This document shows positions 1 through 10,410 of a DNA stretch of 64,000 bases, piece by piece. Position numbers and translations under genes: made by a program. The notes under the pieces are model-generated. The model searched no databases. It was given only the letters and a program-made list of their open reading frames with translations, and was not told the DNA's origin. The number at the start of each line of letters is the position of its first letter. Positions within the stretch are counted from its first letter, which is position 1. The stretch is from Promethearchaeota archaeon (GTDB lineage: Archaea > Asgardarchaeota > Lokiarchaeia > Sigyniarchaeales > SOKP01). The stretch spans positions 864,001-928,000 of the forward strand of contig JAHPZA010000006.1 in assembly GCA_019058445.1 (NCBI GenBank), read 5' to 3'.

Positions 1-104
1 AATTAAAAAATAGAGTTATAAATATCTTTTAGAGTGTATTAATTTATATAATCTAATTCTTAAGTTAATATTAAGATTAAAAATTTTCTTAGGTTAAACT
101 AACC

Positions 105-671
105 GTGGTTGAATATTATTGTCATTATTGCAATAAGAATGCAAATGCAAATAAAAAGAACTCGCCAATATGCAAAATTTGCGGGTTTTATATGTCATCG
201 GGGGCTAAGTTAGATGAGGAAATTTTGAGAATCCAACAAGAGAGGATGGGATATTGTAAAAAGTGCGGGAAAGAGGTGTATAGTGTTCCAATAAAAGTAA
301 TTAAGGATGTAGTACGACATCGGTTTAATCAAGAAATTCATATTGTCGAGGCTGATCGTAAAAATGTGAAAAGAATGAAGCTTACCGATAGCAAATTCTT
401 ATACGTAACAATTGTAATGATTCCTGTGTTTATCGTGGTATCAATGATTTTGCTGTGGTTAGGGTTGTTGCTAATCGGAGCGTTTACAGTGGCGTTAATT
501 TTGGATTATCACAACAAAAGCAAGTTAAAAACAGATTTAGTAGCTATACGAGATAATAAGATTAAGAATTTGACCGAAGAGAAGCAAAAAGCGTTAAATG
601 AGCTTTCGAAAGCTGAGCAAGATTATAAAAATTTATGTAGTGTGTGCGATGGGGGGGTAAAACCTCGTTAG
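105..671 (+). CDS. Zn-ribbon membrane protein (hypothetical)
   Basis: Four CxxC pairs (CHYC, CKIC, CKKC, CSVC), a hydrophobic hairpin at about aa 97-132 and a C-terminal coiled coil. Confidence 0.7.
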   Translation: MVEYYCHYCNKNANANKKNSPICKICGFYMSSGAKLDEEILRIQQERMGYCKKCGKEVYSVPIKVIKDVVRHRFNQEIHIVEADRKNVKRMKLTDSKFLYVTIVMIPVFIVVSMILLWLGLLLIGAFTVALILDYHNKSKLKTDLVAIRDNKIKNLTEEKQKALNELSKAEQDYKNLCSVCDGGVKPR

Positions 672-923
672 GCATTCTTATTTTTCTTTCTAACTTTTTT
701 TATATTAGGTATGATTTATGAATTTGCGATCTAGTGGTTCACTAAATTTAGCTAAAATAAGGATAAAAATAATTGAAAGATAGTAAAATAAGCAGACCTG
801 AAAAAAGTTAAAGAAACAAGCAAAAAAATAGTAGGATAATTTCACAAAAAAAAGCGAATAATAAATTAAAATTATAAAATTTTTTTTTAAAAATTTACAG
901 TCTATTTCTTTAATTAACCATAT

Positions 924-2063
924 TCAAGAATTATTAATTTTTACATTCCTTTCTCTTAAAATCTTTATTGAACTATTAAAAGCATTAAAATTTTCTAAAT
1001 TTATCCAAAGTCTTTTTAATGAATAAAAATAGGTAAGCGAATCAGGGAGTTTTCTGAAATTATTAAAACTTATATCTAATTCTTCAAGCGAATTAAGATC
1101 TGATATTGAAGCTGGTAAGTTTAGTAAATTGTTTGATCTTAGACCAAGCTTTTTAATTGACACAAGATTTCCCATAGATTCTGGCAATTCTGTCAAATTG
1201 TTAAAATTCAAGATCAAAGTATGAAGTGTTTTGATATTTCCTATGGAACTAGGAAGATATATGAGATTATTCCTATTTAAAAATAACTCTTTTAACTGAC
1301 CAAAATCACCTATAGTATCTGGAAGAGTCTCTAACTGATTCCATCCGAGATTTAAAGATTCTAGTGAATCTAATTCTATAACAATCTCGGGAAATACTTT
1401 AAATTGATTAGAAAATAAATCTAAAGATCTTAATGAACACAGATTTAAAAAAGTATCTGGTATGACACTTAATTGATTCCTTCCTAGTAAAAGCTCTTTA
1501 AGAGAAGTAAGCGAATCTAATCTATCAATTTTTGCCAAATTATCAATATATCTATTTCGCAAATCTAATCTATTATTTAATACAATTCCATAAATTTTCC
1601 CTTTGAATAATACATAATCTAATCCAATTTCGTCCAGTATTGGTTTTAGCTCTCTTGTAGTAAAATTATTATATATTGGATCTTGGAGTAAATAACTTAC
1701 ATCATCAAGAGAATTATTTCTAATTTTGACTATAATCTCATTTTTAAATGTCTTTCTTGCAATCGTATCTCCTTTATTGGAAAGCTCTTCTAATATAGGA
1801 AATGCTAACTCTGATTGTAATAAATTGATATTATACTTGTTATCGACCCATTTTTTAAGTCTCTGATAAAAATATCTAAAAATTTCAACATTTGTGAGAC
1901 TTTCGATTGAAAATATATCAGAATCTATTAATCTAACTAAATCTTCTATAAAAAGTAAACCTTTAATGAATAAATTTATATTATTGCCTACCAACTTAAG
2001 AGTAATTAAATCATTAACTTTTTTACTTATAATACCATTAGACATAATTGAGTCTGATTTCAA
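924..2063 (-). CDS. Leucine-rich repeat protein with Loki-type N-terminal domain
   Basis: About 8 LxxLxLxxNxLxxLP repeats; N-terminus ITLKL...W..NKYNINLL.SELAFPILEELS.KGD..A.K.FKNEI is shared with 6496..7785. Confidence 0.9.
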   Translation of the reverse strand: MKSDSIMSNGIISKKVNDLITLKLVGNNINLFIKGLLFIEDLVRLIDSDIFSIESLTNVEIFRYFYQRLKKWVDNKYNINLLQSELAFPILEELSNKGDTIARKTFKNEIIVKIRNNSLDDVSYLLQDPIYNNFTTRELKPILDEIGLDYVLFKGKIYGIVLNNRLDLRNRYIDNLAKIDRLDSLTSLKELLLGRNQLSVIPDTFLNLCSLRSLDLFSNQFKVFPEIVIELDSLESLNLGWNQLETLPDTIGDFGQLKELFLNRNNLIYLPSSIGNIKTLHTLILNFNNLTELPESMGNLVSIKKLGLRSNNLLNLPASISDLNSLEELDISFNNFRKLPDSLTYFYSLKRLWINLENFNAFNSSIKILRERNVKINNS

Positions 2064-2129
2064 TAATTACAAATTTATTTTAAGACAATAAAATCAATAT
2101 TAATATTTAACTATTTAGCCCATTTTAGG

Positions 2130-5100
2130 TTATAATAACTCATCATTATAAAAGAAATAATAATCATATTCATGATGCCCGAGATAATGATTTTCTAAGA
2201 AATCACGGATTTTTGTTATAGATCTAGTTCTGAACCTTGACCTTAGAACACCTCTTAAATACCCAATCGCCTTGTCTATGACTTTTGGACCATCCCTGTC
2301 CAAACCAAGTTCTTGCGCTTTATCATCAATGAATCCGAGTTCATCAGCTATTTGAACTAAGCTAAGTGGTTTACCGTTATTATCTCTATAACGTATAAGG
2401 TTTTCTAGAAAAGGCTCTAAATAAATATGTCGCATTTTTGTCAATGGTCGATAGACAATAGCTTTAAGCTTATAAGAAATCCTTGTTATAGGATCTATCT
2501 CATATTTAAATGTATCAAAATATCTATTAAAAAGATGAGAAATATCGTCAGCCTCATAAAAGTCGCCTTTGTTCTCCCCTTCTTGCTTTCTAATACCTAA
2601 GGCCTTTAACCTATCAGCAATCTGATCTCTAGTTAACCCCTCCTTTACAAACTCTAATAAATAAGATCTAATAAAAAGATGTGAAGGATTATAGTTAACA
2701 ATATCAAGGCAAGTAGCGACACATTGCGCAACTATAGTTCTTTTTCCAAGTAATGAATCACCTCTCCCTAGATCATCAAATCTAAAGAAATGATTAGAAA
2801 TTTCTCTATCTGTCTTTCCTTGAGCACGTAGGGATTCTAAAATGGGTTTTATGTATATTTTCATTTGATCTTCATAAGACTTTTCAAACCACTGATAAAC
2901 TCTATTTTGAAGAGTTGTATATGATACTCCTATAATGGCGGCAGCATGTGTTAATGGCACCCCTCGCTTCATTAAAGAAATAACAAGATCTAAATCAATA
3001 TTTTTAAAATTCTCTGAAGGACTATCGATTAAATCCCCCACAATTTTATTATATTCTAAGTTGATATTTAAGTCATAACCTTTTTGATTTATCTTTCTAT
3101 TATAATAAATTGTCCAAAACTCTTCTGATTGCGTACCTTTTAGCGAACCTTCTTGTACATCAAGCAGCTTCATTACAAATACATCATTTGGATTTTTCCC
3201 GGAAGCTATAACCTCCCTCACATCATCATAAAATTTACCATTTCTCCCATGACGAGCTTTAGACAGATATTTAGCCCATCTTTGAGGTGGCGCTTCCTTA
3301 GTCTGACCTATTCGAACAAGCCCAGTTTCTTTATTAATGATAATATAGATATAAACTGGAGTCTTGCCTTTCTTTAAAATTGCATCAAAGATAGCCTTTA
3401 TCTGAGCTTCAGAATTTTTATTCCAAACACTATTCTTTAGGTTAATATTTTTAAATCGATTAGCATACTCGGACTTAATATTTTTAATAAACCATTTATA
3501 GAACTTTTGCGGGGACAGTTTAGATAATTTATCACCTCTTTTTTTTATTATCTCATCCCAAGTTTTATAATCATTTGCATCGATTTTGGAGTTCATCTTT
3601 ATATTAGAGCCGGAATCACCCATCGGACCAACATCAAGTGAAAATTTTATACCCGTCCTTTTAATAGCCTCAATAAGACCATACCTCGCAACAAGATAGT
3701 CCCATATTGAATCCGCTATTTTTAAAGGCAATAAAGGTTTTACAGAATCAGGGATTGCATACGAGTCATCTTTATAATTAAACCAGCGCAGCCTACTCCA
3801 TTTACTTGATTGCTCATCGTGCGCTTCATCCAGCTCGGGATAAGCAGCTAACATATTGGCTGTCATTAAGGTCAGCGCAGAAGCCTCATCTCCCGAAAAT
3901 TCTTCAATAACTTGCTGCACTCGGAATCGACCGATAAGCGCACCAAACGCTTTTTTTACAGGGACTTTATTAGCCCAATACGCAGAAACGGCTCCGGTAG
4001 AGATGGTACCTAAAGACGTAAATGCTGCAATCCCCGCCCCTAACACAGGAACCGCTAACACAGTAATGATTGTGGCTGCCGCTTTGGCAATAGTTCCTTT
4101 TGATGATGATTTGGCATCCTCTCTGGTCTGCTCGTCCTGCTCGGCAGTCTCTTTCATGGTATTACTACCGGTAGCGTCAATCTGTTGTTGGGCGTGCCCA
4201 TCTTGCTTAACATTCTGGGACCCTCCAAAAATACCGAATTTCGTCTCCCGACCTGTGGATACCAGAGTGGTGGCAGCCACTACCATATATTCATCGCCTC
4301 CCCATTGGCGAACAAGCCCGGCGGTCGCATCTTCAATATAGGGGTCGATAAAGACTTCTTCAAACGGCTCTGAAGCCACACTCCATAAAGTTAAGCCTTT
4401 CAGCCCTGCCGCACCGCCGATACCCGCGGTCAAGAGGGTGCTTACCACTGTAATGACGGTGGTATATGCGATTTCATCCAGTTTAGCTTGCGTCTCGGTG
4501 GCAATTTGGAATTGATAATAATATTCTAAAATGGCAGCCTGTACTGCTTGCATAGTGGCAATTTGCTCCATTTCTTCGCTGGTGAAGTTTCCCTTATCAT
4601 TAATGGAACGATATTTTTCGATATGAATTTCAAAAATCATATATGCAGTGATCAAGTGACCATATCGCTCCCAATAATCTTCATCCCAGGATTGTTCAAT
4701 CGCTTCCAATCGTCGATCTACTTTTTCGCAAAACTCTTGATATCTATCCGGGCTTAAGGTGAGCTCTCCAGAAGATGGATCAAATGTATAATCATCACTG
4801 TCCAGCGTTGCCACGAAAACTTTCTTAAAATTATCATTCTCATCATCATCATTGAACGATGACACCAAATACACGTCAATATCCTTAATTCCTTCTTGCA
4901 AAGTATCTTTGGGAACGATCTTCAAATCTTCTCCATCGCTTTTCTCCCAGATTTTATAAATCTTATCGTAAGTATAACTGCCTCCTATGGCTGAAATCTC
5001 ACTATACTCATCGCTAGATACAATGATCGGATAATCTTCATAAAACTCAGGAAGTGGTGAAGTGGGCTCTTCATTGGCAAACAACATAACCGGATAATAA

Positions 5101-6482
5101 TCATGCATGTAAGGAATAACCTTGTTTAAATCCCTATCTTTCTTGGCATCGGTAGTCTCGGCAACTGCCTGTTCTAAAAAGGCAATCGAGTTGTGCGAGT
5201 ATAAAATGGGATCTTGATATTCATAAAAGATATCATCTTCTTGCATATATTGGATTACTCGGGGATCATCAAAATCAGAATAGGCAATATAGCTTCTTGA
5301 TTGCATGCTATAATCCAAGTTCATTTTCTTGTAATTGGTAATAAATGGATCCCACCAATTTTCAGTGTCCCAATCAATCGAATCTAATCCAAGCATATTG
5401 GTCTTCCCTTCGCCCAAGTCTCCGTTCGCAGGAGCTAATACTATTTGCCCCTCATAGGTGTATTTCTCAGTCTCAAATACTACCGGCGCATAAATTCCGT
5501 TGGTAGTGCAAGTAAATGCGGTGGTCATCGTCTCGCCAAACCACTCATCAGACCACCATTTTCTGGACAAGGTTTTCTTTCCCCGATAATGCTCCGAATC
5601 ATGATACGTATAGGCTTTAATGTAATTTTCTTGCTCAGCAACATCCATCCACCCTTTCATGGTAGTGAGCATGGCATATACAGCCGCACCTCCTATAGGA
5701 GAGACATAAGTAGATATAACAGCCGAAATTAAAAGCGATTCAGTTTGCCACATAATATCGGCTTGGATTTGCTCGCAGGACAGGGACTCTAAGAAAGTAT
5801 TAAACGTAATCTCTTCCGCTTCTCTAATAAGTTGAGAGGCTGTACCCTCCCATTGTATCTTCCAGAGGTCATAAAGCGCGTCCGAAAAGGTAGGCTCCAG
5901 ATAATACCCCCCGAAGTCATCTTCGTGGTGGAACCCAATCAGTTCATTGTAAATGAGGTTTTTTACATTGAACACCCCTGCCTCTGTAGAATATCTATTT
6001 CTGCGAACTTGCCTTTGCACGATATGCTTACCGTGAGGGTTAAAATAGGCATCGCTATAATAATCGAATCCAACACCAATCATATCTCCAGAATCATCGG
6101 CAATAAATATTGTCTCGAAAAAGCCGTCACTATCGCCATCGTAATAGTAATAAGCCCCATCCGTCTTAGAAGGGTATTTACCCATATTATTATCGTAGTA
6201 TACCCCATCTTTAGGTGCTACCTTAATTGTATTTAATACAATATTCTCCTCATTTAGTCCGGACCAACTGCTATAACTGCTTGTTAAATCAAAAGTCTTA
6301 TTGGCGGTTAAAATATTTAATGTGGAAAATTCTCCATCAGCAAATTCCATAACCGTTTCATATAAGGCAGGCACATTATCATTATCATGAACCAGCGAAA
6401 GAAGCGGCTCTTTATTGGATATCTCAACCTCTACATCATTATAGCTATCATAATCATCTAAGTCATTGATAATAGTCTGCAC
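2130..6482 (-). CDS. Large protein, probably N-truncated, with acidic N-region, hydrophobic Gly/Ala helices and a C-terminal GIY-YIG nuclease plus HTH repeats (polymorphic-toxin-like)
   Basis: VYIYIIINKETGLVRIGQT...RWAKY...E GIY-YIG motif; HTH-like segments (LTHAAAIIGVSYTTL, LTRDQIADRL, LSLVQIADELG); DGDSDG motif; frame stays open upstream of the GTG. Confidence 0.75.
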   Translation of the reverse strand: MQTIINDLDDYDSYNDVEVEISNKEPLLSLVHDNDNVPALYETVMEFADGEFSTLNILTANKTFDLTSSYSSWSGLNEENIVLNTIKVAPKDGVYYDNNMGKYPSKTDGAYYYYDGDSDGFFETIFIADDSGDMIGVGFDYYSDAYFNPHGKHIVQRQVRRNRYSTEAGVFNVKNLIYNELIGFHHEDDFGGYYLEPTFSDALYDLWKIQWEGTASQLIREAEEITFNTFLESLSCEQIQADIMWQTESLLISAVISTYVSPIGGAAVYAMLTTMKGWMDVAEQENYIKAYTYHDSEHYRGKKTLSRKWWSDEWFGETMTTAFTCTTNGIYAPVVFETEKYTYEGQIVLAPANGDLGEGKTNMLGLDSIDWDTENWWDPFITNYKKMNLDYSMQSRSYIAYSDFDDPRVIQYMQEDDIFYEYQDPILYSHNSIAFLEQAVAETTDAKKDRDLNKVIPYMHDYYPVMLFANEEPTSPLPEFYEDYPIIVSSDEYSEISAIGGSYTYDKIYKIWEKSDGEDLKIVPKDTLQEGIKDIDVYLVSSFNDDDENDNFKKVFVATLDSDDYTFDPSSGELTLSPDRYQEFCEKVDRRLEAIEQSWDEDYWERYGHLITAYMIFEIHIEKYRSINDKGNFTSEEMEQIATMQAVQAAILEYYYQFQIATETQAKLDEIAYTTVITVVSTLLTAGIGGAAGLKGLTLWSVASEPFEEVFIDPYIEDATAGLVRQWGGDEYMVVAATTLVSTGRETKFGIFGGSQNVKQDGHAQQQIDATGSNTMKETAEQDEQTREDAKSSSKGTIAKAAATIITVLAVPVLGAGIAAFTSLGTISTGAVSAYWANKVPVKKAFGALIGRFRVQQVIEEFSGDEASALTLMTANMLAAYPELDEAHDEQSSKWSRLRWFNYKDDSYAIPDSVKPLLPLKIADSIWDYLVARYGLIEAIKRTGIKFSLDVGPMGDSGSNIKMNSKIDANDYKTWDEIIKKRGDKLSKLSPQKFYKWFIKNIKSEYANRFKNINLKNSVWNKNSEAQIKAIFDAILKKGKTPVYIYIIINKETGLVRIGQTKEAPPQRWAKYLSKARHGRNGKFYDDVREVIASGKNPNDVFVMKLLDVQEGSLKGTQSEEFWTIYYNRKINQKGYDLNINLEYNKIVGDLIDSPSENFKNIDLDLVISLMKRGVPLTHAAAIIGVSYTTLQNRVYQWFEKSYEDQMKIYIKPILESLRAQGKTDREISNHFFRFDDLGRGDSLLGKRTIVAQCVATCLDIVNYNPSHLFIRSYLLEFVKEGLTRDQIADRLKALGIRKQEGENKGDFYEADDISHLFNRYFDTFKYEIDPITRISYKLKAIVYRPLTKMRHIYLEPFLENLIRYRDNNGKPLSLVQIADELGFIDDKAQELGLDRDGPKVIDKAIGYLRGVLRSRFRTRSITKIRDFLENHYLGHHEYDYYFFYNDELL

Positions 6483-6495
6483 GTAATATTCTGGA

Positions 6496-7785
6496 TTATA
6501 CAGATCTGCAATTTCGTTTGGGAATATCCCATACTCGTATTGTTTTATGTCCTACTGATGCTATTATATTCTGTCCATTTGGGCTAAAATAGATTCGAGT
6601 AAAATCTGTTTTAGTTGACAATGTTTTGTAGATGGTTTTGGATGCAATATCCATGAGTACTACATCTCCTGTTTTTGTGGCAAATACAACATTTTTTCCT
6701 TCAGGAGATACATCAAACGGCACTAAATCATGAAAGGAAGTAAGTTTATCGAATAATTTTCCTGATTTTAAATCCCAAATAAAAAGCGCGCTATACGCAA
6801 TATCACCATCCACTAAACTTGCCAATAAGTAAGTGTTATCCCCCGAGAATTTAAGGCATCTCGCAGATGCGTGAGGAGTTTCACATTGAAAGATCACTTT
6901 TTTTTGGTTTGTATCCCATACGGCTATCCCTCCATTGTAAAATCCTAATCCTAAAAGAGTCCCATCTTGCGAAATTCCGATCTCATCTACTTTATCTTTA
7001 AAAGTATGTAAGTAATGCGCATACCCTCCAGAAAGTGTGTAATAAAATAATTCGTTATTTTCTGTGCCATAATATATCTTCTTTCCATCAGAGCTCACTT
7101 CAAAACCCTCTTCTGAAGCATTTTCTAAGAAGAACTCATCAAATGGTATATATATTTTAGTTTCTAAAGCATCATGCTGCATTTTTTTCAGAATTGTTTT
7201 TGCATGAGTGCTCTTTAGAATATTTTTTATAGCATTTTTAATGAAATTGGGATAATCAATGTGGGAAAAATCCATCTCTTCCAATACACTTTCCATCTCT
7301 TCTGCCGAAAGATATTCTAAATAATCGCATGCTAATAAATAATTCATCACGTTTTCATACCCTACGGCAAACCGCTTGGCAATCTCCTCTTTAAACACTT
7401 TTTTCGCGATGGGATCTCCGACGCTCTGAAGCTTTTTTAGCAAGCTAAACGCTAAATTCCTATGTAATAAATTAGTATTGTAGTTGTGCTCCGCCCACGC
7501 TTGGAGATTCGAACAATGCCCCCAAAATTCCACTCCTGGCTGAATCCCATGGTCGCTCGTTTTTCCGGTCTCAAGTGTACCGTCCAAATTTTCTGAAGCC
7601 TGGTCTATAGAGCTATATTCGTTGACTTTTACAAGATCCTCTGTGGGAATATTCATGAGGAGATATTTGCAATGCCCATAATAGCGCCCTTTAATATATA
7701 TATTGGTCTTTTTATTCTCCAGTTTTAAGGTAATATACTCATTAACCACAAATGGAGAGATATTTTCGGATTCTTTCACACTCAC
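6496..7785 (-). CDS. WD40-repeat protein with Loki-type N-terminal domain
   Basis: IAVWD, LFIWD, VVLMD and IRVWD repeats with SxDG/SPxG turns; N-domain FWGHCSNLQAWAEHNYNTNLLHRNLAF. Confidence 0.85.
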   Translation of the reverse strand: MSVKESENISPFVVNEYITLKLENKKTNIYIKGRYYGHCKYLLMNIPTEDLVKVNEYSSIDQASENLDGTLETGKTSDHGIQPGVEFWGHCSNLQAWAEHNYNTNLLHRNLAFSLLKKLQSVGDPIAKKVFKEEIAKRFAVGYENVMNYLLACDYLEYLSAEEMESVLEEMDFSHIDYPNFIKNAIKNILKSTHAKTILKKMQHDALETKIYIPFDEFFLENASEEGFEVSSDGKKIYYGTENNELFYYTLSGGYAHYLHTFKDKVDEIGISQDGTLLGLGFYNGGIAVWDTNQKKVIFQCETPHASARCLKFSGDNTYLLASLVDGDIAYSALFIWDLKSGKLFDKLTSFHDLVPFDVSPEGKNVVFATKTGDVVLMDIASKTIYKTLSTKTDFTRIYFSPNGQNIIASVGHKTIRVWDIPKRNCRSV

Positions 7786-7981
7786 GGTACATTGCCTTTT
7801 GATACTGAGAAATTAGTCTTGAAAGTTAATATCTACAAAAATATTTAAAGGAAAATTTTTCTGAAAATACTTAATGGATAGGGCATAATGATACTTTTTC
7901 ATTTAAATCATAACAGTCCTCATAGTAAATATTAATAGTATTTTTCATTACTTTATACAGATTTGAGAAAAAAGACAAAAT

Positions 7982-10303
7982 ATGAAGATTTTAGCATGGA
8001 GTGATTGGAGAATCCAATCTTTAGAGACATTAATGGGCATTATACAAAAGGAAAATCCCGACCTACTACTCTATGCGGGAGATGATTTAGATCGATTAAT
8101 TGGTGCAAGCAGTAAGATTTATTTTAAAACGTATAATCATTTTATAGAGGTAGATATAAATAAATTAGATGATCTGTACCAAAATGACTCATTTGCGAAA
8201 AATCCTAAAATTAAGGAAATTATCCTAGAATTTCAAAATAATAATTTAAATCTCATTGAGCAGCTTGATATTCCTTTCATATACGTAAATGGAAATGATG
8301 ATTATATCTTAAAGATTAATGGAGAGAATTATCTTAAAATTTCTAAAAGCTTCAGAATAAATAAGGAATGGTATGATATATGCGAAAATATTGAGGGAAG
8401 AGTAGATTTTATCCCACACGACGAGTATAAGGAGTTAAGTGAAAATATCCCCTATATAAAAAAGGTTTTAAGAGACCAAAAGGAATATAAAATCTTATCA
8501 AGTTCTCCAGAAATTAAAAAATATCTTCACAATGAGGAGGTTTATGAGGTATATAGTATTTATGGGCAAGATGATATTTTTTATGCGATTGAAAAAGGGC
8601 AGAACCACATTGACCCTTTTTTGTGGTATACAAAAGATAATGGAATATATGTGAAAATATCCCCCACCTATGGAAAAACCGAGTTCAATACTCGAAATGA
8701 ATCAATATCCATATTTGGAAGCGGTTGCTCTATTGGAAGGGAAAGTCAAATTATTTTTCCTCCCAACGAATATGCTGATATTTACCTCTCTCATTTACCA
8801 CCATTAGGGAAATTAGATTTATCAAGTAGATTTGGAATCAACCATATTGGCTCAAAAGCACTTTTAGAGGCAATACATACCTATCACCCTAAATTTGTGA
8901 TATGCGGACACTCTCATATGTGGGGCGGAGAAGCAGAACACGTCAATGGCACGGTAGTTGTAAATGTAAGTTCTCATGACAGTCCACGATTTACCACCAC
9001 AGCAAATTACGTTACCATTACTACTAATGATTGGTCTTACCAAATTAAAAAAGAAAGTATGCTCCCAGAAAATACCCTATCTCTCCTGAAAATAAGGGGG
9101 TTTAATACTTTAAGAAAAAAATTGCGCGAAAAAGGAGATATTTACATTCAAAATGAAATATATCATAAATATCATAAAAACTTAGAAGGATTAGTGGGAG
9201 TTAATAGGGAGAGGGGCTTTTATATAGATGTAGGATCTTTAGAGAGAAAGGAGCCTGCAGAACAAATAAAAATACAGAAATTCTTAAAGGAAGAACTCAG
9301 CCTTGATATATCAATATATCGGCAAGAGTATGAGAAAGCTAGTTCATTATACGCCAAATTGTATTTTGCTCGCATTTTTGATGATGCGTTTGAAGTCTTA
9401 AATGAGGTGGAGAATTTTGGAATTTCTACTTTACGAATGAAAGAAAGGATATTAGCCTTGAGTAAAAGAACCCCAAAGGTACAAAAAAGTATCACATTTA
9501 ATCCTTATGATAATTATTTTGTTGATGTTGAAACCGGAAATTTTCAAGCAGATGAACCGGGTAGATTATGGTTGATAGGGATCGCAAGTGGACGCCAGAA
9601 ACAGATTAAACAGTTTGTTTATCCTCAAGAGTTTCCAAAGTTCCTTAAGTATCTGAAAGATAATGCTATTGACACCTTAGTCTCGTGGTCACGATATGAT
9701 CATCAAGTATTGAGACCAATCCTAAAGTCCCACAAAATAAAAATGAAATATTATGATGCCTTACAAAGGACTGCCAATTGTTTAAGTTGGCATACCTATT
9801 CATTACATGATCTTTATAACGCCCTTTTCCCAGATAAGAAGACTCCTCCAGAGCTCATTTCTGGAGAAAGAGCTGGATTGTATGCTGATCATTTATTGAT
9901 TGATAACTCTTCGTGTCCTCACTGCTCAAATAAGAAAGATCAAATCATCGAGGAGATCAAAAAACGAAACAAATTAGATGTATTACAAATGATAGAGATT
10001 TGTGAGCATTTATATAAAGAAGAGATTTATGAGTGTCCCAACTGTGGTTTTACCACCAAATATAAAAAAGGTTTGATACGACATATAAAAAATAAGGTGT
10101 GTAAAAAGGAGGAGCGTGAAGTAAAGAAGAAAAGTCCCCCTCTTCTTTCCATTAATAAAAAGGACATAGAAAATCTGGCACATTTTAATGAATACGGAGT
10201 GTTTGTGTGCAATTGTGGAAAAACATATTTATCGGGCTCGCATAGGTATATCTTAGATCATATCCAATATTGCCCCCAATTTATCTTTAAAGTAAAGAAG
10301 TAG
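7982..10303 (+). CDS. Calcineurin-like metallophosphoesterase fused to an RNase H-like (YprB/RNase_H_2-type) exonuclease and Zn fingers
   Basis: SDW, AGDD, GNDD, SHLPP and CGHSH motifs; FVDVETG...SWSRYD...YYDAL...NKLDV acidic motifs; CPNCGFTTKYKKGLIRHIKNKVC Zn finger. Confidence 0.8.
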   Translation: MKILAWSDWRIQSLETLMGIIQKENPDLLLYAGDDLDRLIGASSKIYFKTYNHFIEVDINKLDDLYQNDSFAKNPKIKEIILEFQNNNLNLIEQLDIPFIYVNGNDDYILKINGENYLKISKSFRINKEWYDICENIEGRVDFIPHDEYKELSENIPYIKKVLRDQKEYKILSSSPEIKKYLHNEEVYEVYSIYGQDDIFYAIEKGQNHIDPFLWYTKDNGIYVKISPTYGKTEFNTRNESISIFGSGCSIGRESQIIFPPNEYADIYLSHLPPLGKLDLSSRFGINHIGSKALLEAIHTYHPKFVICGHSHMWGGEAEHVNGTVVVNVSSHDSPRFTTTANYVTITTNDWSYQIKKESMLPENTLSLLKIRGFNTLRKKLREKGDIYIQNEIYHKYHKNLEGLVGVNRERGFYIDVGSLERKEPAEQIKIQKFLKEELSLDISIYRQEYEKASSLYAKLYFARIFDDAFEVLNEVENFGISTLRMKERILALSKRTPKVQKSITFNPYDNYFVDVETGNFQADEPGRLWLIGIASGRQKQIKQFVYPQEFPKFLKYLKDNAIDTLVSWSRYDHQVLRPILKSHKIKMKYYDALQRTANCLSWHTYSLHDLYNALFPDKKTPPELISGERAGLYADHLLIDNSSCPHCSNKKDQIIEEIKKRNKLDVLQMIEICEHLYKEEIYECPNCGFTTKYKKGLIRHIKNKVCKKEEREVKKKSPPLLSINKKDIENLAHFNEYGVFVCNCGKTYLSGSHRYILDHIQYCPQFIFKVKK

Positions 10304-10410
10304 TTTTACAGATATCTATCTAAATTTTTATAGACTAGGATAATTTTCGATTTTTTCTTTATAAATAGGCATCAGTAATTTACTCCAAAGAAGAATTTAA
10401 GGTAATGTAA

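Noticed and set aside
6516-6522. CCCAAAC as a -1 frameshift site joining the WD40 and giant ORFs
   Set aside because: Joining requires a +1 shift; the heptamer is in the wrong phase
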